A DNA stretch of 29,743 nt, taken from contig NIVC01004974.1 of assembly GCA_002269645.1 (NCBI GenBank), forward strand, positions 1 through 29,743, given 5' to 3'. Numbering within the stretch: the stretch's first letter is position 1; every line of letters begins with the position of its first letter. The stretch is from Macrostomum lignano. Taxonomy: Eukaryota. Below are positions 8,695 to 19,597 of this stretch, one piece after another. The notes beneath the pieces were generated by a model that was not told where the DNA came from, searched no databases, and saw only the letters and a list, made by a program, of their open reading frames with translations. Position numbers and translations under genes: made by a program.

Positions 8695-10660
8695 GTATTC
8701 AAGGTCACTCGAGACATTCAAAGTCACTCCAGGAAATTCAAAGTCACTCCATGACCTTCAAAGTCACTCCATGACATTCAAAGTCACTCCATGACATTCA
8801 AAGTCACTCTATATCATTCAAAGTCACTCCATGACATTCAAAGTCACTCCATATCATTCAAAGTCACTCCATATCATTCAAAGTCACTCCATGACATTCA
8901 AAGTCACTCCAGGACATTCAAAGTTACTCCATATCATTCAAATTCACTCCATGACATTCAAAGTCACTCCATATCATTCAAAGTCACTCCATAACATTCA
9001 AAGTCACTCCATGACAATAAAAACTCACTCCATGACATTCAAAGTCACTCTAGGACATTCAAAGTCACTCCATATCATTCAAAGTCACTCCATAACATTC
9101 AAAGTCACTCCATGACAATAAAAACTCACTCCATGACATTCAAAGTCACTCTAGGACATTCAAAGTCACTCCATATCATTCAAAGTCACCCCATTTCATT
9201 CAAAGTCACTCTATGACATTCAAAGTCACTCCATATCATTCAAAGTCACTCCATGACATTCAAAGTCACTCCATATCATTCAAAGTCACTCCATAACATT
9301 CAAAGTCACTCCATGACAATAAAAACTCACTCCATGACATTCAAAGTCACTCTAGGACATTCAAAGTCACTCCATATCATTCAAAGTCACCCCATTTCAT
9401 TCAAAGTCACTCTATGACATTCAAAGTCACTCCATATCATTCAAAGTCACTCCAGGAAATTCAAAGTCACTCCATGACATTCAAAGTCACTCCATGACAT
9501 TCAAAGTCACTCCATGACATTCAAAGTCACTCCATGACATTCAAAGTCACTCTATATCATTCAAAGTCACTCCATGACATTCAAAGTCACTCCATATCAT
9601 TCAAAGTCACTCCATATCATTCAAAGTCACTCCATGACATTCAAAGTCACTCCAGGACATTCAAAGTTACTCCATATCATTCAAATTCACTCCATGACAT
9701 TCAAAGTCACTCCATATCATTCAAAGTCACTCCATAACATTCAAAGTCACTCCATGACAATAAAAACTCACTCCATGACATTCAAAGTCACTCTAGGACA
9801 TTCAAAGTCACTCCATATCATTCAAAGTCACTCCATATCATTCAAAGTCACCCCATTTCATTCAAAGTCACTCTATGACATTCAAAGTCACTCCAGGACA
9901 TTCAAAGTTACTCCATATCATTCAAATTCACTCCATGACATTCAAAGTCACTCCATATCATTCAAAGTCACTTCATAACATTCAAAGTCACTCCATGACA
10001 ATAAAAACTCACTCCATTACAATAAAAAGTCACTCCATGACATTCAAAGTCACTCCATAACATTCAAAGTCACTCCATATCATTCAAAGTCACCCCATTT
10101 CATTCAAAGTCACTCTATGACATTCAAAGTCACTCCATATCATTCAAAGTCACTCCATGACATTCAAAGTCACTCCATATCATTCAAAGTCACTCCATGA
10201 CATTCAAAGTCACTCCATATCATTCAAAGTCACTCCATGACATTCAAAGTCACTCCATGACATTCAAAGTCACTCCATATCATTCAAAGTCACTCCATAT
10301 CATTCAAAGTCACCCCATTTCATTCAAAGTCACTCCATGACATTCAAAGTCACTCCATATCATTCAAAGTCACTCCATATCATTCAAAGTCACTCCATAT
10401 CATTCAAAGTCACCCCATTTCATTCAAAGTCACTCCATGACATTCAAAGTCACTCTATATCATATAAAATCACTCAAGGACATTCAAAGTCACTCCATAT
10501 CATTCAAAGTCACTCCATGACATTCAAAGTCACTCCATAACATTCAGTCACTCCAGGACATTCAAAGTCACTCCATATCATTCAAAGTCACTCCATGACA
10601 TTCAAAGTCACTCCATAACATTCAGTCACTCCAGGACATTCAAAGTCACTCCATGAAATT
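8695..10660 (+). repeat. 20-bp minisatellite (ATTCAAAGTCACTCCATGAC/ATC), about 98 copies, RCL1 intron 1
   Basis: Tandem units with a higher-order block duplication: the block at 8791 recurs at 9534. Confidence 0.97.
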
Positions 10661-11047
10661 GATAATCACTTCATGATGATGATAGGCTAAAAATCACTTA
10701 TCTCATAAAATTAGTCTTTATTTTAAAAAAAGGACAATGAAGTCTTAGTTAAGCATAAAAAAGAGAAATGCTAATTCGTAGGGTTCTTAATCAAGTTCTA
10801 TCATGGATCGCAAGCGCGCCATGAGTTGCAGAATCGTAGAAGAGTAGCGAAAGAGTCATCCAATAATCTTTGTGTTGGCGCTTAACTTTCTACTAACTCA
10901 GTAGGCTAGTTAGAGTGCAATTGAAGCTCAATATGCTACACGGGGTGTTTATTGCGTAACTGTGTACCTCTGACTCTGTGATGCTAAAGCGCTTCTTCTG
11001 CGACTGCAGAATGCCGCTGAAATGCGTTCAGAGATGTAACTCTAATG

Positions 11048-11264
11048 CAGGGGTCGGCAAACCACATGCGGCCCGCGAATCCTCTCTAGCCGGCCCTCGG
11101 GTCCTTTGAAACTTCACAATAGCAATCCGGCCCGCTCAAGGTTTCTTTTCTCAGCTCCCTAGTTGAATCTACTCTCTATTCTCCTCTCTTTTCCGTCCTC
11201 TGGCTCGCAGTCATGCGCTAGGTTCTCTATCTGGCCTTGAGCTGAAAGAGTTTGCCGACCCCTG
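11048..11264. mobile_element. 217-bp non-autonomous DNA transposon (MITE), hAT/Charlie-like
   Basis: Perfect 15-bp TIRs: CAGGGGTCGGCAAAC (11048-11062) and GTTTGCCGACCCCTG (11250-11264). Subterminal GCGGCCCGCG. The 8-bp flanks CTCTAATG and CTCAAATT match at 6/8, consistent with a decayed hAT-type TSD. Confidence 0.85.
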
Positions 11265-11540
11265 CTCAAATTCATCAAGCGATGCAAATTGCGCTTTGAA
11301 CACAACTCTGTGACTCTAAGCACGTAAAGTAATAAACGTAGCACGTCTCAAATACGACTCTACGGCCCCAGAGTCGGTTCAGAGTTGGAGATAATAAAAT
11401 TCTTTAAAATAATTCTTGACGACTTTTTGGCGACTTCTGGCGTACCCTGACATCTGGCAAGTGACACTCTGGGACGCTTCTTGGCCTGTGTACCATTTTT
11501 ATCGGGATAGTTGGATATTTTTCAATTGCTCCCCCTTCAG

Positions 11541-11864
11541 GACCTGACACAGCCGGGCAAAATCCATCGCATCCGCGGCATGTCCTTCACCTGCAAAGTG
11601 TCGCCCGGCATGAACGGCCGCCAGATTGTCTCGGCCAAGGAGCTGCTTCGCCGACTGGTGCCAGACGTGTTGCTTACAGCGGACCATTGCACCGGCGCCA
11701 GGGGCGGCCAGTCGCCCGGCTTTGGCGTCACCCTGGTGGCCGAGACTCGCGACGGCTGTCGCTACGTGGCCGAGTGCATGAGCCGGCCGTCCGGAGTGGC
11801 CGTCGCCGAGGCCTCCGTGCCCGAGGATGTCGGGCTGACCGCCGCCCAGCTGCTCTGCGAAGAG
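11541..11864 (+). CDS. RCL1: RCL1 exon 2 (108 aa)
   Basis: Acceptor cccccttcAG at 11539-11540. Encodes GKIHRIRGMSFTCKVSP, GQSPGFGVTLVAETRDG and PEDVG...LLCEE. Donor GAG|GTCTAA at 11865 is weak but is required by homology. Confidence 0.93.
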
Positions 11865-11969
11865 GTCTAATAAGTCAAAACGATTATATGTATCCTTGAA
11901 ATATTATGGTTTAAGAGATGCAAGAACTCCGCTTCCTGCTAGGGATATACTGCTCTACATATATAGCTC

Positions 11970-12218
11970 TGCAGCCTAGTCGTTAGAGCGTCGGACTCAC
12001 GACTGAAAGTCGGGGGTTCGATTCTCGACCCATTCGGAACCTTAACTCTGCATTGCTTCAGTTCACCCAGCTGTAAAATTTATTAGCTGGGGTAATTAGG
12101 GTGTGTGTGGCGACCCCCAGTCCTTGGACTGAACAGCCGTACGCAGCCTTCAAATGCGCCGCGCAATAGCTGCGGCTGAGCTGTCGGCTGCACGTCTGGC
12201 AGGTGTAATCAATTAGTA
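11970..12218 (+). mobile_element. tRNA-derived SINE, copy 1 (RCL1 intron 2)
   Basis: A-box-like CAGCCTAGTCG and B-box GGTTCGATTC; aligns along its length with the copy at 23446; followed by a (TAG)-rich tract. Confidence 0.85.
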
Positions 12219-12514
12219 TCTGCAATTCGGTTGCATAGAGCATTATTTGCAGTAGTAGTATTAGTAGTAGTATAATGGGAGTAGTAGATTGGCATGTGTA
12301 GATTACAGAAGTAGCAGTAGTAGCAGTAGTATTCGTAAAAAAATCACGCATGCCGTCCTCTAAATAATGAGCTTTTGAAAGTCTCGCTCCTTTCCGCTTT
12401 TTAATTAACAATGTATTGGCATAAGTATGGATGGTTTCAGTTTTATAGAATTCATCTTTTCGATTTCAGGTTTTGCCTATACTTCTACTGTAAGTAGAGT
12501 TGCACAAATTTCAG

Positions 12515-12778
12515 ATCTATCGCGGCGGCTGCGTTGACTCAATTAGTCAACCGCTGGCCTTGGCTTTGATGGCCCTGTGCGATCGGGATGCCAGCAGATT
12601 GCTAACTGGCCCATTGACTCCGCACAGTGTCCGCTTGCTGCGACTGTTGCGCCAGTTTCTTGGCGTCACGTTTCGATTGCAATCGCGACCGGCTGGCGAC
12701 GACGGACTGGGCGGCGACAAAGTGCTGTGCACCTGCGTTGGCTCCGGGTTTGCCAATCTCAGTAAACTGGTGCGATAG
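12515..12778 (+). CDS. RCL1: RCL1 exon 3 (87 aa plus stop)
   Basis: Acceptor aatttcAG at 12513-12514. IYRGGCVDSISQPLAL...GPLTPHS...GGDKVLCTCVGSGFANLSK matches the RCL1 C-terminus; GGCVDS replaces the catalytic-His motif of RtcA. Total about 380 aa. Confidence 0.95.
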   Translation: MYRGGCVDSISQPLALALMALCDRDASRLLTGPLTPHSVRLLRLLRQFLGVTFRLQSRPAGDDGLGGDKVLCTCVGSGFANLSKLVR

Positions 12779-12829
12779 TGTACTGGCAGTCTGCTGCTTC
12801 CACAGCATCGGCTTCTTCCAGCTTTTCCT

Positions 12830-13250
12830 ACTTTTCTTGTCTTCCTCGCCTGCTTCTGCTCACCTCTCTCCTTTGTTCTATTTATTTATCTTCGTCCCTT
12901 CTTGCCCTCTGCACTTTCTCCCCCTCTATATCCTCTCCTCCCCTCCCTCTCCTTCTCCTCCCCTCTATATCCTCTCTCCTTTCCTTCTCTCTATATCCTC
13001 TCTCCTTTCCTTCTCTCTATATCCTCTCTCCCTCTCTCCTTTCCTCTTTATCCTCCCTCTCCCTCTCTCCCCCATCTAGAGTCTAACATCTCTCCCTCTC
13101 TCCTCCTATCTATATCCTCTCTCCCCTCTCCTCCCCTCTCGTCCCCTCCCTCCCCCTCTCCTCCCCTCTATATCCTCTCTCCCCCTCCACTCCCCTCCTT
13201 CCTCTTTCTCATTTCTCTCAACTTTTCCCACCATTTTTCTTCCGATTCTT
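12830..13250 (+). repeat. CT-rich low-complexity tract in the probable RCL1 3' UTR
   Basis: Pyrimidine tract with a recurring CTCTCTATATCCTCTCTCC motif. Confidence 0.9.
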
Positions 13251-13441
13251 CCCTTCTAATTGTTTTTATCTTTTTCCCTATGATCCGCATAATGTACGCA
13301 TAATCAGTGCAGGCCGCTTTGGAGCATCTTGACCCGTAGTAAAGTAGCATCTGTGTCGGTTTATTGCGAACACATTTGAATGCTCACCCAGTCCCGGGCA
13401 TCTGTGTACCAATCGCATACAGTATAGACTGTCGATATGCA

Positions 13442-13447
13442 AATAAA
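13442..13447 (+). terminator. Candidate RCL1 polyadenylation signal
   Basis: AATAAA followed by a GT/T-rich stretch. Confidence 0.4.
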
Positions 13448-13621
13448 TGTGCTTTTGCATTTTTAATGCTATGTTTGTTCTTGCTCTGCCACTTGGCAAA
13501 TGACGACATCAATTTTGAGCGGGCGTTGCATCTTATAATTGTTTTATATGTGCATTATGCTACATGTAGTAGGGTGTGCCAGCGTGTCAAGTCAGCATTC
13601 AATTGTGCCGTCAAAATACAA

Positions 13622-13797
13622 CTCCGACACATCATACCTCCGACACTTGGTATCTCCGACGCCTCAGATCTGACACCTCATATCTGACAAACTTGGCAAC
13701 GGACTTCATACATGTATCTCCGTTAGGTTTTGTGTTTAGCTTGTCGGAGATATGAGGCGTCTGAGATACGAAGTGTCAGAGGTATGGAGTGTCGAAG
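13622..13797. repeat. Imperfect inverted repeat, 50-bp arms, about 76-nt spacer
   Basis: 13622-13671 matches the reverse complement of 13748-13797 at 43/50 positions without gaps (counted by eye). Confidence 0.9.
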
Positions 13798-15185
13798 ATA
13801 CGAGCTGTCAGAGATGAGAGCTGTCGGAGGTATGGAGTGTCTGAGATATGAAGCGTCGGAGCTACGATCTGTCGGAGATATGAGCTGTCGAAGTTATAGT
13901 GTCGGAGATATGAGCTGTCGAAGATATTAAGTATCGGAGATATGAGCTGTCGAAGATATAGTGTCGGAGATATGAAGTATCGGAGATATGAGCTGTCGAA
14001 GATATAGTGTCGGAGATATGAGCTGTCGGAGATATAGTGTCGGAGATATGAGCTGTCGAAGATATGAAGTATCAGAGATATGAGCTGTCGGAGATATAGT
14101 GTCAGAGATATGAGCTGTCGGAGATATGAGCTGTCGAAGATATGAAGTGTCAGAGATATGAGCTGTCAGAGACATGAGCTGTCGAAGATATAGTGTCAGA
14201 CATATGAAGTAATCGGAGATATGAAGTAATCGGAGATATGAAGTATCGGAGATATGAGCTGTCGAGATATAGTGTCGGAGATATGAAGTAATCGGAGATA
14301 TGAAGTATCGGAGATATGAGCTGTCGAAGATATAGTGTCGGAGATATGAGCTGTCGAAGATATGAAGTATCAGAGAAATGAGCTGTCAGAGATATGAGCT
14401 GTCGAAGATATAGTGTCAGACATATGAAGTAATCGGAGATATGAAGTATCGGAGATATGAGCTGTCGAAGATATAGTGTCGGAGATATGAAGTATCGGAG
14501 ATATGAAGTATCGGAGATATGAGCTGTCGAAGATATAGTGTCGGAGATATAGTGTCGGAGATATGAAGTAATCGGAGATATGAAGTATCGGAGATATGAG
14601 CTGTCGAAGATATAGTGTCGGAGATATGAAGTAATCGGAGATATGAAATAATCGGAGATATGAAGTATCGGAGATAGGAGCTGTCGAAGATATAGTGTCG
14701 GAGATATGAAGTATCGGAGATATGAGCTGTCGAAGATATAGTGTCGGAGATATGAGCTGTCGGAGATATGAAGTATCGGAGATATGAGCTGTCGAAGATA
14801 TAGTGTCGGAGATATAGTGTCGGAGATATGAAGTAATCGGAGATATGAAGTAATCGGAGATATGAAGTATCGGAGATATGAGCTGTCGAAGATATAGTGT
14901 CGGAGATATGAGCTGTCGGAGATATGAAGTATCGGAGATATGAGCTGTCGAAGATATAGTGTCGGAGATATAGTGTCGGAGATATGAAGTAATCGGAGAT
15001 ATGAAGTAATCGGAGATATGAAGTATCGGAGATATGAGCTGTCGAAGATATAGTGTCGGACATATGAAGTAATCGGAGATATGAAATATCGGAGATATGA
15101 GCTGTCGAAGATATAGTGTCGGAGATATGAAGTATCGGAGATATGAGCTGTCGAAGATATAGTGTCGGAGATATGAAGTGTAGGA
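13741..15185 (+). repeat. Composite minisatellite of 14-17-bp units (ATATGAGCTGTCGRAG, ATATGAAGTA(A)TCGGAG, ATATAGTGTCGGAG)
   Basis: Tandem mixture of related units with higher-order blocks; the 307-aa minus-strand ORF is a repeat translation. Confidence 0.95.
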
Positions 15186-15857
15186 AATTATATGTCGTAG
15201 ATATGACGCCCCGTAACTTTCTGATTTTCAGGCATCTATATGCTTTTAGGTCGGTTGGCCCTCTTGAACTAAAATCGCACGACAGATTTTTCAAACCGAA
15301 TATTGTTGAATTATTGGGCATGCACATTCGAGCTGCCAATGGCTAAACTAAGCTGGAAGAAGTTGGGCCGTTAAGGACATATATGAAGCTGTAGTGCATA
15401 CAAATGGCATTATAAATAATTCCATATTTTTATTCCACCAAGCAAAGCAATCGACAGCGCTTCGCTCCAATCTTATACTCATAGCTGACAGGCCTGTTCA
15501 GTGCGCGCGAGGCAAAACAGCTGCACAGCTTGCATATTTAATCCTGTCTACACCCGCATAGCTGGATTTTACTGAGCTGCCAATCTAAACTGCATGGTCA
15601 TGGCAGATATTTGCCCGCCCGTAGCTGTCGTATTTTTCTAGTAAATCCGACTCAATCTACACTTAGTTAATTTGTGCGGTCAGATAGTACTAAATTTATG
15701 TGATGTCTGAGAGACACGATTATAGGAGTTCATATCATTTATGCCATCCATGCTAATTGTTTGCTCTGTGTACATACGGGCGTTTTACTTAATTGGCTTT
15801 TTCTCGGTTTGGGTGTTTGGGTGAGTCGGAATTGGGGAGTCAGGGGTTGGATAGATG

Positions 15858-17720
15858 AGTGTCAGCAAGAATCGGATTGGGGTGTCAGCAAGAATCGAAT
15901 TGGGTGTCAGCAAGAGTCAGATTGGGTGTCAGCAAGAGTCGGATTGGGGTGTCAGCAAAAGTCGGATTGGGTGTCAGCAAGAGTCGAATGGGGTGTCAGC
16001 AAGAATCGAATTGGGTGTCAGCAAGAGTCGAATGGGGTGTCAGCAGAATCGAATTGGGTGTCAGAAAGAGTCGGATTGGGTGTCAGCAAGAGTCGAATGG
16101 GGTGTCAGCAAGAGTCGGATTTGGGTGTCAGAAAGAGTTGGATTGGGGTGTCAGCTAGAGTCGGATTGGGTGTCAGCAAGAGTTGGATTGGGGTGTCAGC
16201 AAGAGTCGGATTGGGTGTCAGCAAGAATCGAATTGGGTGTCAGCAAGAGTCAGATTGGGTGTCAGCAAGAGTCGGATTGGGGTGTCAGCAAGAGTCGGAT
16301 TGGGTGTCAGCAAGAGTCGAATGGGGTGTCAGCAAGAATCGAATTGGGTGTCAGCAAGAGTCGAATGGGGTGTCAGCAAGAGTCGGATTGGGTGTCAGCA
16401 AGAGTCGAATGGGGTGTCAGCAAGAGTCGGATTGGGGTGTCAGCAAGAATCGAATTGGGTGTCAGCAAGAATCGAATTGGGTGTCAGCAAGAGTCGAATG
16501 GGGTGTCAGCAAGAGTCGGATTGGGTGTCAGCAAGAGTCGGATTGGGTGTCAGCAAGAGTCGGATTGGGGTGTCAGCAAGAGTCGGATTGGGTGTCAGCA
16601 AGAGTCGAATGGGGTGTCAGCAAGAGTCGGATTGGGGTGTCAGCAAGAATCGAATTGGGTGTCAGCAAGAATCGAATTGGGTGTCAGCAAGAGTCGAATG
16701 GGGTGTCAGCAAGAGTCGGATTGGGTGTCAGCAAGAGTCGGATTGGGTGTCAGCAAGAGTCAGATTGGGGTGTCAGCAAGAGTCGGATTGGGTGTCAGCA
16801 AGAATCGAATTGGGTGTCAGCAAGAGTCGAATGGGGTGTCAGCAAGAGTCGATTGGGTGTCAGCAAGAGTCGAATGGGTGTCAGCAAGAGTCGGATTGGG
16901 GTGTCAGCAAGAATCGAATTGGTGTCAGCAAGAATCGAATTGGGTGTCAGCAAGAGTCGAATGGGGTGTCAGCAAGAGTCGGATTGGGTGTCAGCAAGAG
17001 TCGGATTGGGGTGTCAGCAAGAGTCGGATTGGGGTGTCAGCAAGAGTCGGATCGGGTGTCAGCAAGAGTCGGATTGGGGTGTCAGCAAGAGTCGGATTGG
17101 GGTGTCAGCAAGAGTCGGATTGGGGTGTCAGCAAGAGTCGGATTGGGGTGTCAGCAAGAGTCGGATTGGGGTGTCAGCAAGAGTCGGATTGGGGTGTCAG
17201 CAAGAGTCGGATTGGGTGTCAGCAAGAGTCGGATTGGGGTGTCAGCAAGAGTCGGATTGGGGTGTCAGCAAGAGTCGGATTGGGGTGTCAGCAAGAGTCG
17301 GATTGGGGTGTCAGCAAGAGTCGGATTGGGGTGTCAGCAAGAGTCGGATTGGGGTGTCAGCAAGAGTCGGATTGGGGTGTCAGCAAGAGTCGGATTGGGG
17401 TGTCAGCAAGAGTCGGATTGGGGTGTCAGCAAGAGTCGGATCGGGTGTCAGCAAGAGTCGGATTGGTGTGTCAGCAAGAGTCGGATTGGGGTGTCAGCAA
17501 GAGTCGGATTGGGGTGTCAGCAAGAGTCGGATTGGGGTGTCAGCAAGAGTCGGATTGGGGTGTCAGCAAGAGTCGGATTGGGGTGTCAGCAAGAGTCGGA
17601 TTGGGGTGTCAGCAAGAGTCGGATTGGGGTCAGCAAGAGTCGGATTGGGTGTCAGCAAGATTCGAATCTGGTGTCAGCAAGAGTCGGATTGGGGTGTCAG
17701 CAAGAGTCGGATTGGGTGTA
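15858..17720 (+). repeat. 21-22-bp minisatellite (GTGTCAGCAAGAGTCGGATTGG(G)G), about 85 copies
   Basis: Tandem units; the 500-660 aa ORFs in three frames are repeat translations. Confidence 0.97.
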
Positions 17721-17985
17721 TCTTCGAACTAAAATCATCGTGTCACCCTTAATAAATGGTTCAATATTTGGCGCATGTTTTTCTGCCTAATTCCTTAACA
17801 AAAATAGACTACTGCATGCACAGAAGTAACAAATATCTACTTGCCAACTGCAACTTGGAATGTTAATAAAATCTTTGTAGGATAGAGCTGCTTGCTAGCT
17901 TTCTTGTCTGACAAATAAATAGTTTTCTGCATGTTTCGGATCAATTCAGTCTGTTAATTTGCGAGATAGCGCAGCGTTATTTTCG

Positions 17986-19597
17986 ATTCTAATAGCTAAT
18001 AGCGGCTTGTGAATAGTCAGCCTCACAATTCTAATAGCTAATAGCGGCTTGTGAATAGTCAGCCTCACAATTCTAATAGCTAAGAGCGGCTTGTGAATAG
18101 TCAGCCTCACAATTCTAATAGCTAATAGCGGCTTGTGAATTGTCAGCCTCACAATTCTAATAGCTAAGAGCGGCTTGTGAATAGTCAGCCTCACAATTTT
18201 AATAGCTAATAGCTGCTTGTGAATAGTCAGCCTCACAATTCTAATAGCTAATAGCGGCTTGTGAATTGTCAGCCTCACAATTCTAATAGCTAATAGCTGC
18301 TTGTGAATAGTCAGCCTCACAATTCTAATAGCTAATAGCGGCTTGTGAATTGTCAGCCTCACAATTCTAATAGCTAGTAGCGGCTTGTGAATTGTCAGCC
18401 TCACAATTCTAATAGCTAATAGCGGCTTGTGAATTGTCAGCCTCACAATTTAATAGCTAGTAGCGGCTTGTGAATTGTCAGCCTCACAATTTTAATAGCT
18501 AGTAGCGGCTTGTGAATTGTCAGCCTCACAATTCTAATAATAGCTAGTAGCGGCTTGTGAATTGTCAGCCTCACAATTTTAATAATAGCTAGTAGCGGCT
18601 TGTGAATAGTCAGCCTCACAATTCTAATAGCTAATAGCGGCTTGTGAATAGTCAGCCTCACAATTCTAATAGCTAATAGCGGCTTGTGAATAGTCAGCCT
18701 CACAATTCTAATAGCTAAGAGCGGCTTGTGAATTGTCAGCCTCACAATTCTAATAGCTAATAGCGGCTTGTGAATTGTCAGCCTCACAATTCTAATAGCT
18801 AATAGCGGCTTGTGAATTGTCAGCCTCACAATTCTAATAGCTAGTAGCGGCTTGTGAATTGTCAGCCTCACAATTTAATAGCTAGTAGCGGCTTGTGAAT
18901 TGTCAGCCTCACAATTCTAATAGCTAATAGCGGCTTGTGAATTGTCAGCCTCACAATTTTAATAGCTAGTAGCGGCTTGTGAATTGTCAGCCTCACAATT
19001 CTAATAGCTAAGAGCGGCTTGTGAATAGTCAGCCTCACAATTGTAATAGCTAATAGCGGCTTGTGAATTGTCAGCCTCACAATTCTAATTGCTAGAGCGG
19101 CTTGTGAATTGTCAGCCTCACAATTCTAATAGCTATAGCGGCTTGTGAATTGTCAGCCTCACAATTCTAATAGGCTTTGTGAATAGTCAGCCTCACAATT
19201 CTAATAGCTAATAGCGGCTTGTGAATTGTCAGCCTCACAATTCTAATAATAGCTAGTAGCGGCTTGTGAATTGTCAGCCTCACAATTCTAATAATAGCTA
19301 GTAGCGGCTTGTGAATTGTCAGCCTCACAATTCTAATAATAGCTAGTAGCGGCTTGTGAATTGTCAGCCTCACAATTCTAATAGCTAGTAGCTTGTGAAT
19401 TGTCAGCGCTAGTAGCTTGTGAATTGTCAGCCTCACAATTCTAATCAGCCTCAGTAGCGGCTTGTGAATTGTCAGCCTCACAATTCTAATAAGTAGCTAG
19501 TCAGCCTCACAATTCTAATAATAGCTAGTAGCGGCTTGTGAATTGTCAGCCTCACAATTCTAGTAGTAGCTAGAGGCTTGTGAATAGTCAGCCTCAC
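17986..19597 (+). repeat. 42-bp minisatellite (TTGTGAATWGTCAGCCTCACAATTCTAATAGCTARTAGCGGC), about 38 copies, with an internal palindrome
   Basis: The period equals the 14-aa repeat in the minus-strand ORFs; each unit contains TTGTGA-N10-TCACAA. Confidence 0.97.

Noticed and set aside
11355-11376. Hairpin CGACTCT-N8-AGAGTCG as a Helitron 3' end
   Set aside because: There is no CTRR terminus at the expected distance and no other Helitron feature.
11970-12035. Functional tRNA genes at the SINE heads (also 23446-23515)
   Set aside because: The anticodon and acceptor stems do not pair properly, and both heads continue into a shared non-tRNA body and tail.
12470-12514. 20-nt micro-exon (TTTCAG|...|GTAAGT) before RCL1 exon 3
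   Set aside because: It would leave a 25-nt intron and shift the frame, and RCL1 homology is complete without it.
17986-19597. CRISPR-like array (palindromic repeat resembling lacO/CRP sites)
   Set aside because: The units are contiguous with no unique spacers, there are no cas genes, and the context is eukaryotic; the resemblance to bacterial operators is a short-word coincidence.
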